Positions 1 to 11,273 of a stretch of 64,000 bases of DNA are shown in pieces. The notes under the pieces were generated by a model that saw only the letters and a list, made by a program, of their open reading frames with translations, was not told where the DNA came from and did no database searches. How positions within the stretch are numbered: the stretch's first letter is position 1; each line of letters begins with the position of its first letter. Both the position numbers and the translations under genes were made by a program. Where the stretch lies: the NCBI GenBank assembly GCA_038142205.1, contig JAYQJO010000001.1:2176430-2240429 (forward strand). Reading direction: 5' to 3'. This stretch comes from Pseudomonadota bacterium (GTDB lineage: Bacteria; Pseudomonadota; Gammaproteobacteria; Eutrophobiales; Eutrophobiaceae).

Positions 1-807
1 AAAACCGGTATAAGTTCTGTCTTCACTCGCCATACCTTTTATCGTTGGCATAATGATTTCGTTCATAATGCGATCATGCATTGCTGCATCAACGACTGGC
101 GCAGGTGAATACGCACCCATACCACCTGTATTCGGCCCTTTATCGCCTTCGTCACGGGCTTTATGATCTTGTGAACTGGCTAGCGGTAAAACATTTTCAC
201 CATCTGCCATAACAATAAAGCTGGCTTCTTCGCCTTGCATAAATTCTTCGATAACGACACGATGCCCGGCTTCACCAAATTTATTAGCCGACAGCATATC
301 GTTAATACTATTTATGGCTTCTTCTTCGCTCATGGCTATAACGACACCTTTACCTGCTGCTAGTCCATCAGCCTTTATGACAATCGGAATTGTTTTTGAT
401 TTTACATATTCAATGGCAGGCTCAACTTCAGTAAACACGTCATACTCTGCTGTAGGAATGTTGTGGCGTTTTAAAAAATCTTTTGAGAATGATTTAGAAC
501 CTTCGAGAATAGCCCCAGCTTTTGTTGGCCCAAAACAGGCAAGTCCAGCCTGCTGAAACTCATCAACGATACCCGCGACTAATGGTGCTTCAGGGCCAAT
601 AATCGTTAAATCAATTTTTTCATTTTCTGCGAAAGCCTTTAATTCAGAAATATCTTCTGCACCGATTGCAATGTTCTCTAATTTATTTTCTGTTGCTGTT
701 CCTGCATTACCGGGTGCAACGTAAACAATTTCAACCTGATCAGACTGCGCTGCTTTCCATGCCAACGCATGTTCACGACCACCACCACCTACAATTAATA
801 CTTTCAT
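1..807 (-). CDS. purD: Phosphoribosylamine--glycine ligase (GAR synthetase), N-terminal ~268 aa; C-terminus lies beyond the window start
   Basis: Reverse-strand translation from the ATG at 807 gives MKVLIVGGGGREHALAWKAAQS...GFL, the ATP-grasp PurD N-terminus. It sits immediately upstream of purH, the conserved purHD operon. Confidence 0.85.
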   Translation of the reverse strand, partial: MKVLIVGGGGREHALAWKAAQSDQVEIVYVAPGNAGTATENKLENIAIGAEDISELKAFAENEKIDLTIIGPEAPLVAGIVDEFQQAGLACFGPTKAGAILEGSKSFSKDFLKRHNIPTAEYDVFTEVEPAIEYVKSKTIPIVIKADGLAAGKGVVIAMSEEEAINSINDMLSANKFGEAGHRVVIEEFMQGEEASFIVMADGENVLPLASSQDHKARDEGDKGPNTGGMGAYSPAPVVDAAMHDRIMNEIIMPTIKGMASEDRTYTGF

Positions 808-1018
808 ACAAAACCTTTATTAATTCTTAATTTTTAACCGTGTATTTTTAAGCTTTCAGATTTGCGTGCAGAGGACGCGCGACGCTTTCGAGCAACAGAC
901 GACTACATGGATGTAGTCGGTAGAGCGACGCAGGATGCCAAAGCCGAGTTTACTATAGTAAATGAGCATCACAAAAAGTGGAAGCCATGAAGTATCCTCG
1001 TAATTGTGATGCTTAATG

Positions 1019-2581
1019 TTAGTGAAGGAAGTGGCGGATTCCAGTAAACACCATAGCAATATCATGTTCATCCGCTGCTGCAATCACTTCTTCATCACGC
1101 ATTGAGCCACCGGGCTGTATCACGGCTCTAATCCCGACTTCGGCGGCTGAATCCAGTCCATCTCTGAATGGAAAGAAAGCATCGGAAGCCATCACTGACG
1201 CCGCAACTTCAAGATTTTCATCGGCTGCTTTAATCGCAGCGATACGCGCACTATAAACACGACTCATTTGCCCGGCACCGATACCTACTGTTTGATTATC
1301 CTTTGCATAAATAATGGCGTTGGATTTAACGTATTTGACAACATGCCAGGCAAACAACAGATCGTTAAATTCTTGTTCCGTTGGCTCTCTTTTTGTCACG
1401 ACTTTTAAACCACATCGAGTAATCTCACCTTGATCATTGTCTTGAACCAATAAGCCACCACTGACACGCTTCATATTTAATTGCTGAATCGCACCTTTGC
1501 GGTGACCACATTCGAGTAAACGCACACCTTTTTTGCTTGCAATAACATCAATACATTCAGGCGCAATAGTTGGTGCAATAATGACTTCGACAAATTGACG
1601 TTCGACTATAGCTTTAGCTGTTGCTACATCCAGTTCTTTATTAAAGGCGATGATGCCACCAAATGCAGAAGTTGGATCTGTTGCATAGGCTTTTTCATAA
1701 GCTTCAAGAACAGTGTCCGCAACGGCAACACCGCAAGGGTTGGCGTGTTTCACAATCACGCAAGCTGTTTCTTTAAATGATAAAACGCATTCCAGTGCAG
1801 CATCAGTATCATTAATGTTGTTATAGGAAAGCTCTTTGCCTTGAATTTGTTTCGCACTTGCCAACGTTCCTGCAGGAGGGTTTGGTTCTGTATAAAAAGC
1901 CGCACTCTGGTGAGGGTTTTCACCGTAACGCAGTTCCTGTTTCTTTTTAAACTGCGTTGAATACGTTAATGGAAAATCTACTGGTTCTCTTTCCTGATTC
2001 ATCGCACCAAGATAGTTTGAAACATTAGCATCGTAATTCGCGGTATGGGCAAATACTTTTTGCGCCAGCCTGAAACGGGTTTCATCACTGACACTTTGAT
2101 TATTTTCTTTTAATTCTTTTAGGACGACAGCGTAATCTTCGGTATCAACAACAACAGCAACAGAAGCATGATTTTTTGCTGATGAACGCAACATTGCCGG
2201 CCCACCAATATCAATATTTTCGATTGCTTCGGCAAAGGTGCAGTCCGGTTTACTGACAGTTTGTTCAAACGGATACAGATTAACGACAACCAAATCGATT
2301 TCACAGATATCGTGCTCTTGCATAACTGCTTCATCAGTCCCGCGGCGTCCCAAAAGTCCACCATGGATTTTTGGGTGCAAGGTTTTAACACGACCGTCCA
2401 TCATTTCAGGGAAACCGGTATAGTCAGAAACCTCTATAACATTAATATTGTTGTCAGCTAGTAATTTTGCTGTGCCACCGGTAGACAATATTTCTATGCC
2501 TAGTGCACTTATATCCTTACAAAACTCAACAATGCCAGCTTTATCTGAAACACTGACTAATGCGCGCTTAACTTTTGCCAT
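1019..2581 (-). CDS. purH: Bifunctional AICAR transformylase / IMP cyclohydrolase
   Basis: 520-aa ORF starting [20 protein letters not shown]...[16 protein letters not shown], the typical PurH MGS-like N-terminus followed by the AICARFT domain. Confidence 0.95.
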   Translation of the reverse strand: MAKVKRALVSVSDKAGIVEFCKDISALGIEILSTGGTAKLLADNNINVIEVSDYTGFPEMMDGRVKTLHPKIHGGLLGRRGTDEAVMQEHDICEIDLVVVNLYPFEQTVSKPDCTFAEAIENIDIGGPAMLRSSAKNHASVAVVVDTEDYAVVLKELKENNQSVSDETRFRLAQKVFAHTANYDANVSNYLGAMNQEREPVDFPLTYSTQFKKKQELRYGENPHQSAAFYTEPNPPAGTLASAKQIQGKELSYNNINDTDAALECVLSFKETACVIVKHANPCGVAVADTVLEAYEKAYATDPTSAFGGIIAFNKELDVATAKAIVERQFVEVIIAPTIAPECIDVIASKKGVRLLECGHRKGAIQQLNMKRVSGGLLVQDNDQGEITRCGLKVVTKREPTEQEFNDLLFAWHVVKYVKSNAIIYAKDNQTVGIGAGQMSRVYSARIAAIKAADENLEVAASVMASDAFFPFRDGLDSAAEVGIRAVIQPGGSMRDEEVIAAADEHDIAMVFTGIRHFLH

Positions 2582-2626
2582 TGATAATTTCCTGAATAGA
2601 GAACTGAAAAATTTATTAAATACTAA

Positions 2627-2911
2627 TTATTGATCAAGGCCGTATTTTTTAAGCCTATTGCGTAATGTCACTCGGTTTAATCCAAGCATTTGTGCTGCAT
2701 GAGTAATATTGCCCCGAGTATGGTTCATAACAACACTAAAGAAAGGTTTTTCGACTTCTTCCAAAAAGAGGGCATGTAAATTCTTTACTTCGTGACCATC
2801 GAGATCTTCAAAATAATTTTCCATCGCTCGTTGGACATTTTCTGCCAGACATTTCTCTGGAGGTTCACCGCGATCAGCTGCAGTTTGTTTTTTCTGTTTA
2901 GTTTTTATCAT
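2627..2911 (-). CDS. fis: DNA-binding protein Fis
   Basis: 94 aa. The C-terminal HTH ...TRGNITHAAQMLGLNRVTLRNRLKKYGL matches Fis. It is immediately downstream of dusB, the conserved dusB-fis operon. Confidence 0.85.
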   Translation of the reverse strand: MIKTKQKKQTAADRGEPPEKCLAENVQRAMENYFEDLDGHEVKNLHALFLEEVEKPFFSVVMNHTRGNITHAAQMLGLNRVTLRNRLKKYGLDQ

Positions 2912-3884
2912 GCGGCAACTGCCTGTTGTTCACTAAAAAGTTTTCTATTGCAGCCATCTGTTCACTCGCTGATTCAATTCTGTTTACAACTGCACGAAAT
3001 GAATTCGCACGATCCTGTTGTTTGCAATACCAACCAATGTGTTTACGCGCAATGCGTAGGCCTTGATACTCACCATAGAATTGATGCAAGTTTGAAACAT
3101 GTTTAATTAATATCGCACTCTTTTCTTTACTATCAGGTGGCGCAAGCTTTTCACCCGTTTCCAAATAATGATTTATTTCCCGAAAAATCCAGGGGTTCCC
3201 CTGTGCCGCTCGCCCAATCATAACGCCATCGACGTTAAAGGTACTTAAAACTTCTGCTGCTTTTTCAGGTGTGCTGATATCACCATTCGCAATAATCGGA
3301 ATACCGACTCTGGTTTTAATTTCCCCGGCTGTTTCGTGTTCTGCTATACCTGTGAAGGCACAAGCTCGTGTTCTGCCATGTACTGTTAAAGCTTGTATTC
3401 CGGCTTCTTCAGCGATCTGTGCAATTTTTACTGCATTACGATTTACTTTGTCCCAGCCCGTTCTTATTTTTAATGTCACAGGAATATCAACGGCATTTAC
3501 GACAGCGGTGAGAATCTGTTCAACCAGTAATTCATCTCTCAATAATGCTGACCCCGCCATAACATTACAGACTTTCTTCGCCGGACAGCCCATATTGATA
3601 TCAATGATTTGTGCGCCATGTTCAACATTAAATACGGCTGCTTGTGCCATTTGTTCCGGATCAGCGCCGGCAATTTGAACGGCACGAGGCTCCGGCTCAC
3701 CGGCATGATTTAAACGGAGTTGTGTTTTGCGAGTTTTAAAAAGCGCAGGATTAGATGTCACCATTTCGGAAACAACCAACCCGGCACCAAGCTGCCGACA
3801 AAGCAACCGAAATGGTTGGTCAGTGACGCCCGCCATTGGTGCAAGCACCAAATTATTTTTAAGATTATGAGACCCTATAAACAT
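2898..3884 (-). CDS. dusB: tRNA-dihydrouridine synthase B
   Basis: 328 aa with a Dus-family TIM-barrel pattern (LAPMAGVTD..., FMN-binding motifs). It lies upstream of fis. Confidence 0.9.
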   Translation of the reverse strand: MFIGSHNLKNNLVLAPMAGVTDQPFRLLCRQLGAGLVVSEMVTSNPALFKTRKTQLRLNHAGEPEPRAVQIAGADPEQMAQAAVFNVEHGAQIIDINMGCPAKKVCNVMAGSALLRDELLVEQILTAVVNAVDIPVTLKIRTGWDKVNRNAVKIAQIAEEAGIQALTVHGRTRACAFTGIAEHETAGEIKTRVGIPIIANGDISTPEKAAEVLSTFNVDGVMIGRAAQGNPWIFREINHYLETGEKLAPPDSKEKSAILIKHVSNLHQFYGEYQGLRIARKHIGWYCKQQDRANSFRAVVNRIESASEQMAAIENFLVNNRQLPHDKN

Positions 3885-3997
3885 GAAACCGCTTTTTTCA
3901 GAAATGGGTGGAACTTGGTTTTAAGCTTATAATAACGGACTGCTTTTACATGTAAAGCGGCTTATTTTTCGTGAGTAAAATCAGTCACTTTAATTTA

Positions 3998-5068
3998 CTA
4001 GAGAAACCTGAATTCAAAACTGACAGCCCCCGCAGTTGACCCACTCACTTCTAGCACAAAGTATACTGGCGAGCCGGTCGGCATTCCTTTTTCAATCTCA
4101 ATACTGTCATCAAGATAATCTTTCGGCACAAACTCTCGATAGCCCAATAATGAACCGGATGTGTCAAACAAGGTAAGCTGGACTTTTGGGTAAGGTTGGC
4201 GAATGGATAATTCATTTTTCATCGCTGCATTGACCAATAACGTATCCTGATAGGTAGGATGCAAACGTACATCACGATTAACCAGTTTGATTTTACTCAC
4301 ATCTTTTTCACGAATAAGCTGACAATCAAACTCAACGCATATTTGCTTTGCATAGGGTAATAATTCAGGGTATTCGAGCAAAAGCCTGTCCCGGTTAAAC
4401 CACGCTAGCTGCGCAGCTATAACAATCAGCGCTACTAATGTTGCCGTCGTCCAGAAAAAAGCCAAAACCCAGCTCCATCGACTTTTTACTTCAGGCGATT
4501 CATCTAACAAAAAAACTTCTTCTTCGGGAAAGTTATACTGCTCTTCAGAAACAACTTTATCTTTAGGTTCAGCTACTTCAGCGACCGTTTTCGTAGGTTC
4601 TTCTCTTGCTTCATCCTGAATTTCAATTTCTTTACGTACTATTATATCTTCAGATAAATCAATATTACTTTGTTGAATGCTTTCTTGCGGCTTTTCCAGT
4701 TCTTGTTTGATTCTGCTTTCAGCTTCTTCAACAGGGGACTGTATACCAATTTCATTTATTGCCGTCTCAAGCCCCTGCACCTTTTCTGATTCATTAATGG
4801 TGACAATGACATTTTCTATATCTTCAGATATAGCCGGCTGCGGTTTTATTGTTTCTGGAATATCGAACTGAGGTTCTTCCTCCCCTGCTGATTCAATTAT
4901 GAATTGCTCATCCAGAGCTTTTTCATTAGGCAACGGCTTGTCATACAAGCGCTCCATAGCATTAAATTGCTCATGGCAAAAACCGCAACGCACCTGACCC
5001 GCTGCGGCGGAAAGATGTTCAGCATAAATTTGGAATTGTCTTGTGCAACCGGGACAAAGTGTATACAT
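3998..5068 (-). CDS. Zinc-ribbon (MJ0042-type) / DUF3426 membrane protein
   Basis: N-terminal CPGC...CGFC zinc ribbon, an acidic low-complexity middle, one TM helix, then a C-terminal DUF3426-like domain. It occupies the usual prmA-dusB intergenic slot. Confidence 0.55.
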   Translation of the reverse strand: MYTLCPGCTRQFQIYAEHLSAAAGQVRCGFCHEQFNAMERLYDKPLPNEKALDEQFIIESAGEEEPQFDIPETIKPQPAISEDIENVIVTINESEKVQGLETAINEIGIQSPVEEAESRIKQELEKPQESIQQSNIDLSEDIIVRKEIEIQDEAREEPTKTVAEVAEPKDKVVSEEQYNFPEEEVFLLDESPEVKSRWSWVLAFFWTTATLVALIVIAAQLAWFNRDRLLLEYPELLPYAKQICVEFDCQLIREKDVSKIKLVNRDVRLHPTYQDTLLVNAAMKNELSIRQPYPKVQLTLFDTSGSLLGYREFVPKDYLDDSIEIEKGMPTGSPVYFVLEVSGSTAGAVSFEFRFL

Positions 5069-5947
5069 CTATTTTTTCGTTCCGTGGAGACGTGCCCACT
5101 CTTGATTGAAAACAGGTTCATCCATATTAAAACAAGATGTATAAGCCTCCAAGCACTCTTCTGCCTGTACATGCAATAAACCCGATAAAACAATATCGCT
5201 ACCCGAACTTGTGATTGCAGTAAATTCTTCAATTAAACCTTTAAGCGGATTCATTAAAATGTTTGCAACTAATATATCAACAACAGGTAATGAAGCGTCT
5301 TCTACAAGACTTATATCTATTTTGCTGGACAAATTATTTCGTTCAGCATTTTCTTTTGCTGCTTGTATGGCTTGCACATCAATATCAACAGCATAAACTT
5401 GTTTCGCACCGAGTATTGCCGCTACCATCGCAAGAATGCCGGAACCGCAACCATAATCGATCACTGTTTTACCTGTCAGATCGTGTTCTGCTAACCATTC
5501 GATACACAAAGAAGTTGTTGGATGAGTCCCGGTACCAAATGCTAAACCAGGATCGAGAATTAACGTGGGTAAATCATGTTGCGGTGGTTCACACCAACTG
5601 GGGGAGATACAAACACGGTTTGAAAATATAACCGGTTGGTGAGCTGCTTTAAATTCGCTAATCCAGTCTTTATCTTTTAGTAATTCGATTTTATGACTAA
5701 ATATATTTTCCGCGCCGATACGATCACGTACACAAACCAAAATAATATCGAGCTCAGAGTCAGGATGTAGTAAAGCGATTAACTTGGTTTTATCCCAGAG
5801 TTTCTTAGTTTCACCTTCTGCATCGAAAACAGGTTCATTACTGGATGCCGTTAATGTTACTGAGACCGCACCAAATTGTTCAAGCAATTCTGACAGCTCT
5901 TCAGCTTGAGCTTGATGTGTTTCAAGTTCAAGTTGAAGCCAGGACAT
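5069..5947 (-). CDS. prmA: Ribosomal protein L11 methyltransferase
   Basis: 292 aa, MSWLQLELETH...DYGCGSGILA (SAM motif I). Typical PrmA. Confidence 0.9.
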   Translation of the reverse strand: MSWLQLELETHQAQAEELSELLEQFGAVSVTLTASSNEPVFDAEGETKKLWDKTKLIALLHPDSELDIILVCVRDRIGAENIFSHKIELLKDKDWISEFKAAHQPVIFSNRVCISPSWCEPPQHDLPTLILDPGLAFGTGTHPTTSLCIEWLAEHDLTGKTVIDYGCGSGILAMVAAILGAKQVYAVDIDVQAIQAAKENAERNNLSSKIDISLVEDASLPVVDILVANILMNPLKGLIEEFTAITSSGSDIVLSGLLHVQAEECLEAYTSCFNMDEPVFNQEWARLHGTKK

Positions 5948-7291
5948 TTAATTAATACCTAACTTCTTCTCCAGATAATGAATATCAGCTCCGCCTGCAG
6001 CGAATGCCGTATCTAAAACGAGTTCTTGATGCAGAGGTATATTCGTTTTAATACCGTCTATAACAATTTCAGACAACGCCATCGACAAGCGGGCTAAAGC
6101 CAATTCCCTTGTTTCAGCATGTGCAATCAGTTTACCAATCATTGAGTCATAATGAGGTGGGACTTTATAACCTTGATAAACATGTGTGTCGACACGAATA
6201 CCATTACCGCCAGGTGGATGGTAATGTTCTATTGTTCCCGGTGAGGGTAAAAATGTTTTCGGATCTTCTGCATTGATTCGACACTCAACAGCATGACCTT
6301 TAATCTGGATATCTTCCTGCTTATAACTTAGCGGCAAACCACTGGCTATACGAAGTTGTTCTTTGACAATATCAACGCCTGTTATCATTTCAGTAACCGG
6401 ATGCTCTACCTGAACGCGGGTATTCATTTCTATAAAATAAAACTCGCCATCTTCATATAGGAATTCAAACGTGCCGGCACCACGGTAAGAAATTTTCTTA
6501 CATGCTTCAACACAAAGCTGACCAATCATTTCTCTGGTTTCTTCGCTTAGGCCCGGCGCCGGTGCCTCTTCAATTACCTTCTGGTGACGACGTTGCATGG
6601 AACAATCTCGTTCACCTAGATAAATAACATTACCGTGTTCATCAGCAAGCACTTGTATTTCGATATGACGAGGGTGTTCGAGAAATTTCTCCATGTAAAC
6701 CATATCATTGCCAAAGGTCGCTCCTGCCTCAGAACGCGTTAACGCAATTGATTTAAGTAAATTTGCTTCGCTATGTACAACGCGCATACCACGACCGCCG
6801 CCGCCGCCAGAAGCTTTAATGATGAGCGGATAGCCAATCTTCTTAGCCATATTCTTTAGTACTTCAGGATCATCACCCAAAGGGCCGTCTGAACCCGGTA
6901 CACAGGGAATACCTGCGTTTTTCATTGTTGTAATTGCAGACACTTTATCGCCCATGACTCGAATCGTTTCCGCTTTTGGACCAATAAAAACGAAACCGCT
7001 TTGTTCGACTCGTTCGGCAAAATCAGCATTTTCGGAAAGAAAACCATAACCAGGATGTATGCCGACAGCATCCGTTACTTCTGCCGCGCTAATTACCGCA
7101 GGTATATTTAAGTAACTTTTTGTTGAAGGTGCCGGTCCTATACAGACCGATTCATCAGAAAGGAAAACATGTTTTAGATCGCGATCAGCTTCAGAATAAG
7201 CTGCCACAGTTTTAATACCCAATTCTCTACATGCGCGCAATACTCGAAGTGCAATTTCACCTCTGTTTGCAATGACGACTTTATCTAACAT
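5948..7291 (-). CDS. accC: Acetyl-CoA carboxylase biotin carboxylase subunit
   Basis: 447 aa, [17 protein letters not shown]... ATP-grasp biotin carboxylase. It lies downstream of accB. Confidence 0.95.
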   Translation of the reverse strand: MLDKVVIANRGEIALRVLRACRELGIKTVAAYSEADRDLKHVFLSDESVCIGPAPSTKSYLNIPAVISAAEVTDAVGIHPGYGFLSENADFAERVEQSGFVFIGPKAETIRVMGDKVSAITTMKNAGIPCVPGSDGPLGDDPEVLKNMAKKIGYPLIIKASGGGGGRGMRVVHSEANLLKSIALTRSEAGATFGNDMVYMEKFLEHPRHIEIQVLADEHGNVIYLGERDCSMQRRHQKVIEEAPAPGLSEETREMIGQLCVEACKKISYRGAGTFEFLYEDGEFYFIEMNTRVQVEHPVTEMITGVDIVKEQLRIASGLPLSYKQEDIQIKGHAVECRINAEDPKTFLPSPGTIEHYHPPGGNGIRVDTHVYQGYKVPPHYDSMIGKLIAHAETRELALARLSMALSEIVIDGIKTNIPLHQELVLDTAFAAGGADIHYLEKKLGIN

Positions 7292-7353
7292 TAATAAATG
7301 TGCTCTTGAATTCAGTTAATTTTAAAAAGACTTTAAGGAATAACTTTTTGAGA

Positions 7354-7818
7354 TTACTCGATCACAAACAGAGGTTGGCCGTATTCAACAGCTTCTCCGT
7401 TATCAACCAATACCCGAATTAATTTACCATCTGCATCGGCTTCTATCTGATTCATAATCTTCATTGCTTCGATAATACAAATTACTTCACCTGTTTTAAC
7501 CATTTGGCCTTTTTCAAAAAAAGCAGGATCATCTGGAGAAGGAGAACTATAAAAAATACCCACCATCGGCGAAGTAATAACATGCCCTTCTTTTGAGTAA
7601 TCATCACCTGATGTATTTTCATTAGACTTCGAAGGAATATTAACAGGCGCAGGTGTCGGAGCAGCAGGCGTTGGTGCGGCTACGCTAATCGCTTGAGGAG
7701 CGGCAATTGTCGATCCGCGACTGATACGTACAGATTCTTCACCTTCATGAATTTCGATTTCTGCGATACCTGATTCTTCGAGTAACTCAATTAATTTTTT
7801 TACTTTTCTTATATCCAT
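7354..7818 (-). CDS. accB: Acetyl-CoA carboxylase biotin carboxyl carrier protein
   Basis: 154 aa with an Ala/Pro-rich linker and the biotinylation motif EAMKIMNQIE. Confidence 0.9.
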   Translation of the reverse strand: MDIRKVKKLIELLEESGIAEIEIHEGEESVRISRGSTIAAPQAISVAAPTPAAPTPAPVNIPSKSNENTSGDDYSKEGHVITSPMVGIFYSSPSPDDPAFFEKGQMVKTGEVICIIEAMKIMNQIEADADGKLIRVLVDNGEAVEYGQPLFVIE

Positions 7819-7839
7819 AGCCTTTGACTTTTCTTTAAA

Positions 7840-8277
7840 TTATTTCTGTAAATGCGCTTCTGCGCCTAATAATGCTAATTCATAACCATAAGCACCCAAG
7901 CCGCTGATAACTGCTACTGCGATATCAGACAAATATGAATGCTTTCTAAATTCTTCTCGTGAAAATACATTTGAAAGATGCACTTCAATGAAAGGTAATT
8001 GTGTACCCAGAATCGCATCTCGCAAGGCAATACTCGTATGCGTAAATGCGCCGGGATTAAACAAAATAAAATCTACACCGGACTTTTTTGCTGCATGAAT
8101 CTGATCGATTAATTCGTGCTCAGCATTGCTTTGAAAAGCGGACAGTTCATGACCACGCTCTTTAGCAAGGGCGACAAGTTGCGCATCAATATCAACCAGG
8201 GTTGTTGTCCCATAAATCTCTGGCTCCCGTTCACCTAGTAAATTCAGGTTTGGGCCATTTAAGACAAGAAATTTCAA
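7840..8277 (-). CDS. aroQ: Type II 3-dehydroquinate dehydratase
   Basis: 145 aa, [23 protein letters not shown]..., the canonical AroQ N-terminus. Confidence 0.9.
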   Translation of the reverse strand: MKFLVLNGPNLNLLGEREPEIYGTTTLVDIDAQLVALAKERGHELSAFQSNAEHELIDQIHAAKKSGVDFILFNPGAFTHTSIALRDAILGTQLPFIEVHLSNVFSREEFRKHSYLSDIAVAVISGLGAYGYELALLGAEAHLQK

Positions 8278-8424
8278 TTTTTTCCCCTAAAATCTGAAAG
8301 CTTTCTTTTAAAAAAACCTTCATAACTATGTATTTTTACAATTTTTAGCGATTTTAAATGCTATTTAGCGGATTTTAGCAGTATTTAGATGATAATACGA
8401 ACTGATATTTTGACTAGTCTTTTA

Positions 8425-8997
8425 CTAGAGAAGTGTCTGTATAATTTTTTCTGCATCAGATTTTAACAAGGGGCCACGATGTGTAAAGGAAATTATACCG
8501 TTACGATCAATCATAACAGTATACGGCAAAGCACCTATATCATTGCCAAGATTTTTAGCGATCTCTATCACATCATCTGATCCAACCAGAGAAGGGTAAT
8601 TAACATTGAATTCCTGAAGAAAATCGAGAATTTCTTCGGCTTCCTGTAAGGCAATACCAATAAATTGCAGACCTTCATTTTGATATTGTTGTTGCAACTC
8701 TACAAAAGCAGGAATTTCTGCTCGACACGGTCCACACCATGTTGCCCAGAAATTTATCACCAGTGTCTTGTCCTGCCATTCCGAAATTTGCCGTTGCTGC
8801 CCATCAACATCCGCTAAAGTAAAGTCGTTAAGTTGTGTACCTATCACTTCTTTCGGCGCAATAGGGTTTTTAACCGTGATGATCTGCTTTGTTTCTTTTG
8901 AATCACTTTGTTTTTGATATTGCTGAAACTGATATCCGCCAATGGCAGACACAACGGCTAAAACTATTCCTATTAACAACACTTGCCATTGTTTCAT
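8425..8997 (-). CDS. TlpA/DsbE-family periplasmic thiol:disulfide oxidoreductase
   Basis: 190 aa with a signal anchor and a WATWCGPC thioredoxin active site. It is translationally coupled downstream of dsbD. Confidence 0.7.
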   Translation of the reverse strand: MKQWQVLLIGIVLAVVSAIGGYQFQQYQKQSDSKETKQIITVKNPIAPKEVIGTQLNDFTLADVDGQQRQISEWQDKTLVINFWATWCGPCRAEIPAFVELQQQYQNEGLQFIGIALQEAEEILDFLQEFNVNYPSLVGSDDVIEIAKNLGNDIGALPYTVMIDRNGIISFTHRGPLLKSDAEKIIQTLL

Positions 8998-10841
8998 AAT
9001 GAAAGAACCTCTTTAACATGCTTTACGAAAGGTTCAGCTTTGACAAAACCAACAAGGCGATGAGACTTAACTTCATTAGAATCTTTATTAAAAAATAAAA
9101 TTGCCGGCGGACCAAATAAATCAAACTGTTTTAAGAAAGCCTTATCATCATCATTATTTTCTGTGACATCCACTTTTAATAATACGATCGGTTTTAATGT
9201 TTGTTGAACAACAGTATTAGAAAAAGTATAGGCTTCCATTTCATCACAGACCACACACCAGTCCGCATAAAAATCCAGCATTACTGCTTTACCTTGAGTC
9301 TTTGCCTGTTTTAATTCTCTATCCAGATCATCAAGACTTGCGATCTTCTTAAAAGGAAGAGACTGGCTCACCTGAACATTTGAATAAGCTTTAAACGGTT
9401 GCAGAACAGTGCCTTTGCCCTGTGTTGATGCAACGACTAATACAACGCCGTAAATTAATATGACTATGCCTAAGCCCTTCCACAAACGTTGCCAGTGCGT
9501 TGTTATCGGCTCTATACGATCCAGAGCGCCCATGAATAGAGCAGAGATAACAAATAGTGCGCCCCATAAAACAAGGGTTATTGATGTCGGCAGGATTCTT
9601 TCCAGAAACCATATCGCAACACCTAGCATTACCACGCCAAAAATATGTTTAATGTTCTCCATCCACAATCCGGCACGCGGCAAGAGTTCTCCTGACGTTG
9701 CACCAATAACTAATAACGGCACACCAAAACCCATGCCCATGGCAAACAAGGCCAAACCGCCTAATACAGCATCGCCTGTTTGACTGATATAGAGCAATGC
9801 GCCTGCTAAAGGTGGAGCGACACAGGGGCCGACAATAATAGCGGAAAGCACACCCATAATAGCGGCGCCTTTCAACGTGCCGTGATGAGATTCATTATGG
9901 TTTTGCGATAATTTACTTTGCCAACTTGCCGGCAAATGCAATTCATAGAAACCGAACATCGATAACGCAAGTAAAACAAAAACACCACTAAAGAAACTGA
10001 TAACCCAGGCATTTTGTGATGCGGCCTGTAAATTAAGATTAAATAACCCGGCGATAATACCCAGTATGGAATAGGTTAATGCCATGGCAATGACAAAACT
10101 TATTGAAAGAAGGAACGCTCTCGCTCGCGTAATATGCTCGCCTTCACCGACAATAATCCCGGAAAGAATAGGAATCATTGGAAAAACACAGGGCGTTAAT
10201 GCCAGTAGAAAACCAAAGCCAAAAAATGAAAGTATATTAATTAATAAGCTTTTATCTTTTAACTTCTGTGTAATCGCATCCTGTTCAGAAATCAGTAAAG
10301 TCGATTGTTGTTCAGCCTGTATCGTCGTACCTGAAACAGGTGAAGAACCATAAGACACAACATTACCTACCGTTAATGTTTTCTTAATAGGTGGATAACA
10401 AACAGAATCTTCTTTACAACCTTGATACGCAACAGTGATATCAAATTCATTTAATATGGCATCGGTGGTTTGAAAAGGAACAGATACTTTCGTACTGTTG
10501 TAATAGACTTCAACTTCACCAAATGCAATGTCCTGTTTTAACGTTCCTGTTGGAAAAGCATAAGCCGCTAAAGTCAGGTTTGGATTAGCAGATTCAACTG
10601 AAAATTTATTTTTATAAAGATAATAACCCGGTTCAATTTCCCAGCTCAGTTCAACACTGTTTTCAGAAACAACATTAGCAACAACACGAAAAGCGACTTC
10701 CGGATCCAGAATCTCATCAGACGCAGACGAACCTTCGAAAGAAAAAAGATCATCGAGCTTATTGCCTAAATCACCTGCTTTAACTGTCAGAGAAAGAAGT
10801 AATGTAATAGTGAAAAAAACAACCTGAATTACTCTCATCAT
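8994..10841 (-). CDS. dsbD: Thiol:disulfide interchange protein DsbD
   Basis: 615 aa with a signal peptide, an N-terminal periplasmic domain, an 8-TM core carrying conserved Cys, and a C-terminal thioredoxin domain (YADWCVVC). Confidence 0.9.
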   Translation of the reverse strand: MMRVIQVVFFTITLLLSLTVKAGDLGNKLDDLFSFEGSSASDEILDPEVAFRVVANVVSENSVELSWEIEPGYYLYKNKFSVESANPNLTLAAYAFPTGTLKQDIAFGEVEVYYNSTKVSVPFQTTDAILNEFDITVAYQGCKEDSVCYPPIKKTLTVGNVVSYGSSPVSGTTIQAEQQSTLLISEQDAITQKLKDKSLLINILSFFGFGFLLALTPCVFPMIPILSGIIVGEGEHITRARAFLLSISFVIAMALTYSILGIIAGLFNLNLQAASQNAWVISFFSGVFVLLALSMFGFYELHLPASWQSKLSQNHNESHHGTLKGAAIMGVLSAIIVGPCVAPPLAGALLYISQTGDAVLGGLALFAMGMGFGVPLLVIGATSGELLPRAGLWMENIKHIFGVVMLGVAIWFLERILPTSITLVLWGALFVISALFMGALDRIEPITTHWQRLWKGLGIVILIYGVVLVVASTQGKGTVLQPFKAYSNVQVSQSLPFKKIASLDDLDRELKQAKTQGKAVMLDFYADWCVVCDEMEAYTFSNTVVQQTLKPIVLLKVDVTENNDDDKAFLKQFDLFGPPAILFFNKDSNEVKSHRLVGFVKAEPFVKHVKEVLSL

Positions 10842-11171
10842 TTATTTAGTATTTTTATCTATCCATTCTAAATATGCAGTTAATCCTGCTTCAATAGGGA
10901 CTGCAATAACTTCAGGAAGTTCGTAAGGGTGTACCTTTTTGATATACGTTTCTAATGCTTGATAATTATTGGAAGTCGTCTTGATAACCAGCATATGTTC
11001 ATTGGCCGTATCCACCTTACCAACCCAGCTAAAAAACGACTGCACGCCGGGAAGAATATTGACACAAGCAGCCAGTTTTTCCGTTACCAGATCCTGAGCA
11101 ATCTTTTTGGCGGAGATGGTCCCCGGGCACATTGTGATAACGAGTATATGTTGTGCTGTTTTTTCTATCAT
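10842..11171 (-). CDS. cutA: Divalent-cation tolerance protein CutA
   Basis: 109 aa. CutA1 family placed directly upstream of dsbD, the conserved cutA-dsbD arrangement. Confidence 0.85.
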   Translation of the reverse strand: MIEKTAQHILVITMCPGTISAKKIAQDLVTEKLAACVNILPGVQSFFSWVGKVDTANEHMLVIKTTSNNYQALETYIKKVHPYELPEVIAVPIEAGLTAYLEWIDKNTK

Positions 11172-11273
11172 GGTCGCTGATTATCAAAAAATAACTTGTA
11201 AATTAGTATTTTGCCCATACATCCATAATAATGCCACTATTGCACAACAGAATTATCCTGGAGATAAAATTAC

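Noticed and set aside
1595-4871. Multiple 60-135-aa ORFs antisense to or overlapping purH, dusB, prmA and accC (for example 1595..1780, 2119..2391, 3271..3678, 4677..4871).
   Set aside because: They lie entirely inside well-supported conserved genes on the opposite strand or in alternative frames. They have no RBS and low-complexity composition, and are typical spurious six-frame ORFs. The same applies to similar ORFs inside dsbD, pstA, pstC, leuS, katG, hppA and the MMPL gene.
8300-8420. Near-direct repeats TTTAGCGATTTTA / TTTAGCGGATTTTA / GCAGTATTTAG upstream of the aroQ-accBC operon, a possible small repeat array.
   Set aside because: Only 2-3 short degenerate copies in an AT-rich promoter region. 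No spacer or repeat regularity, so it is not CRISPR-like. At most an uncharacterised operator.
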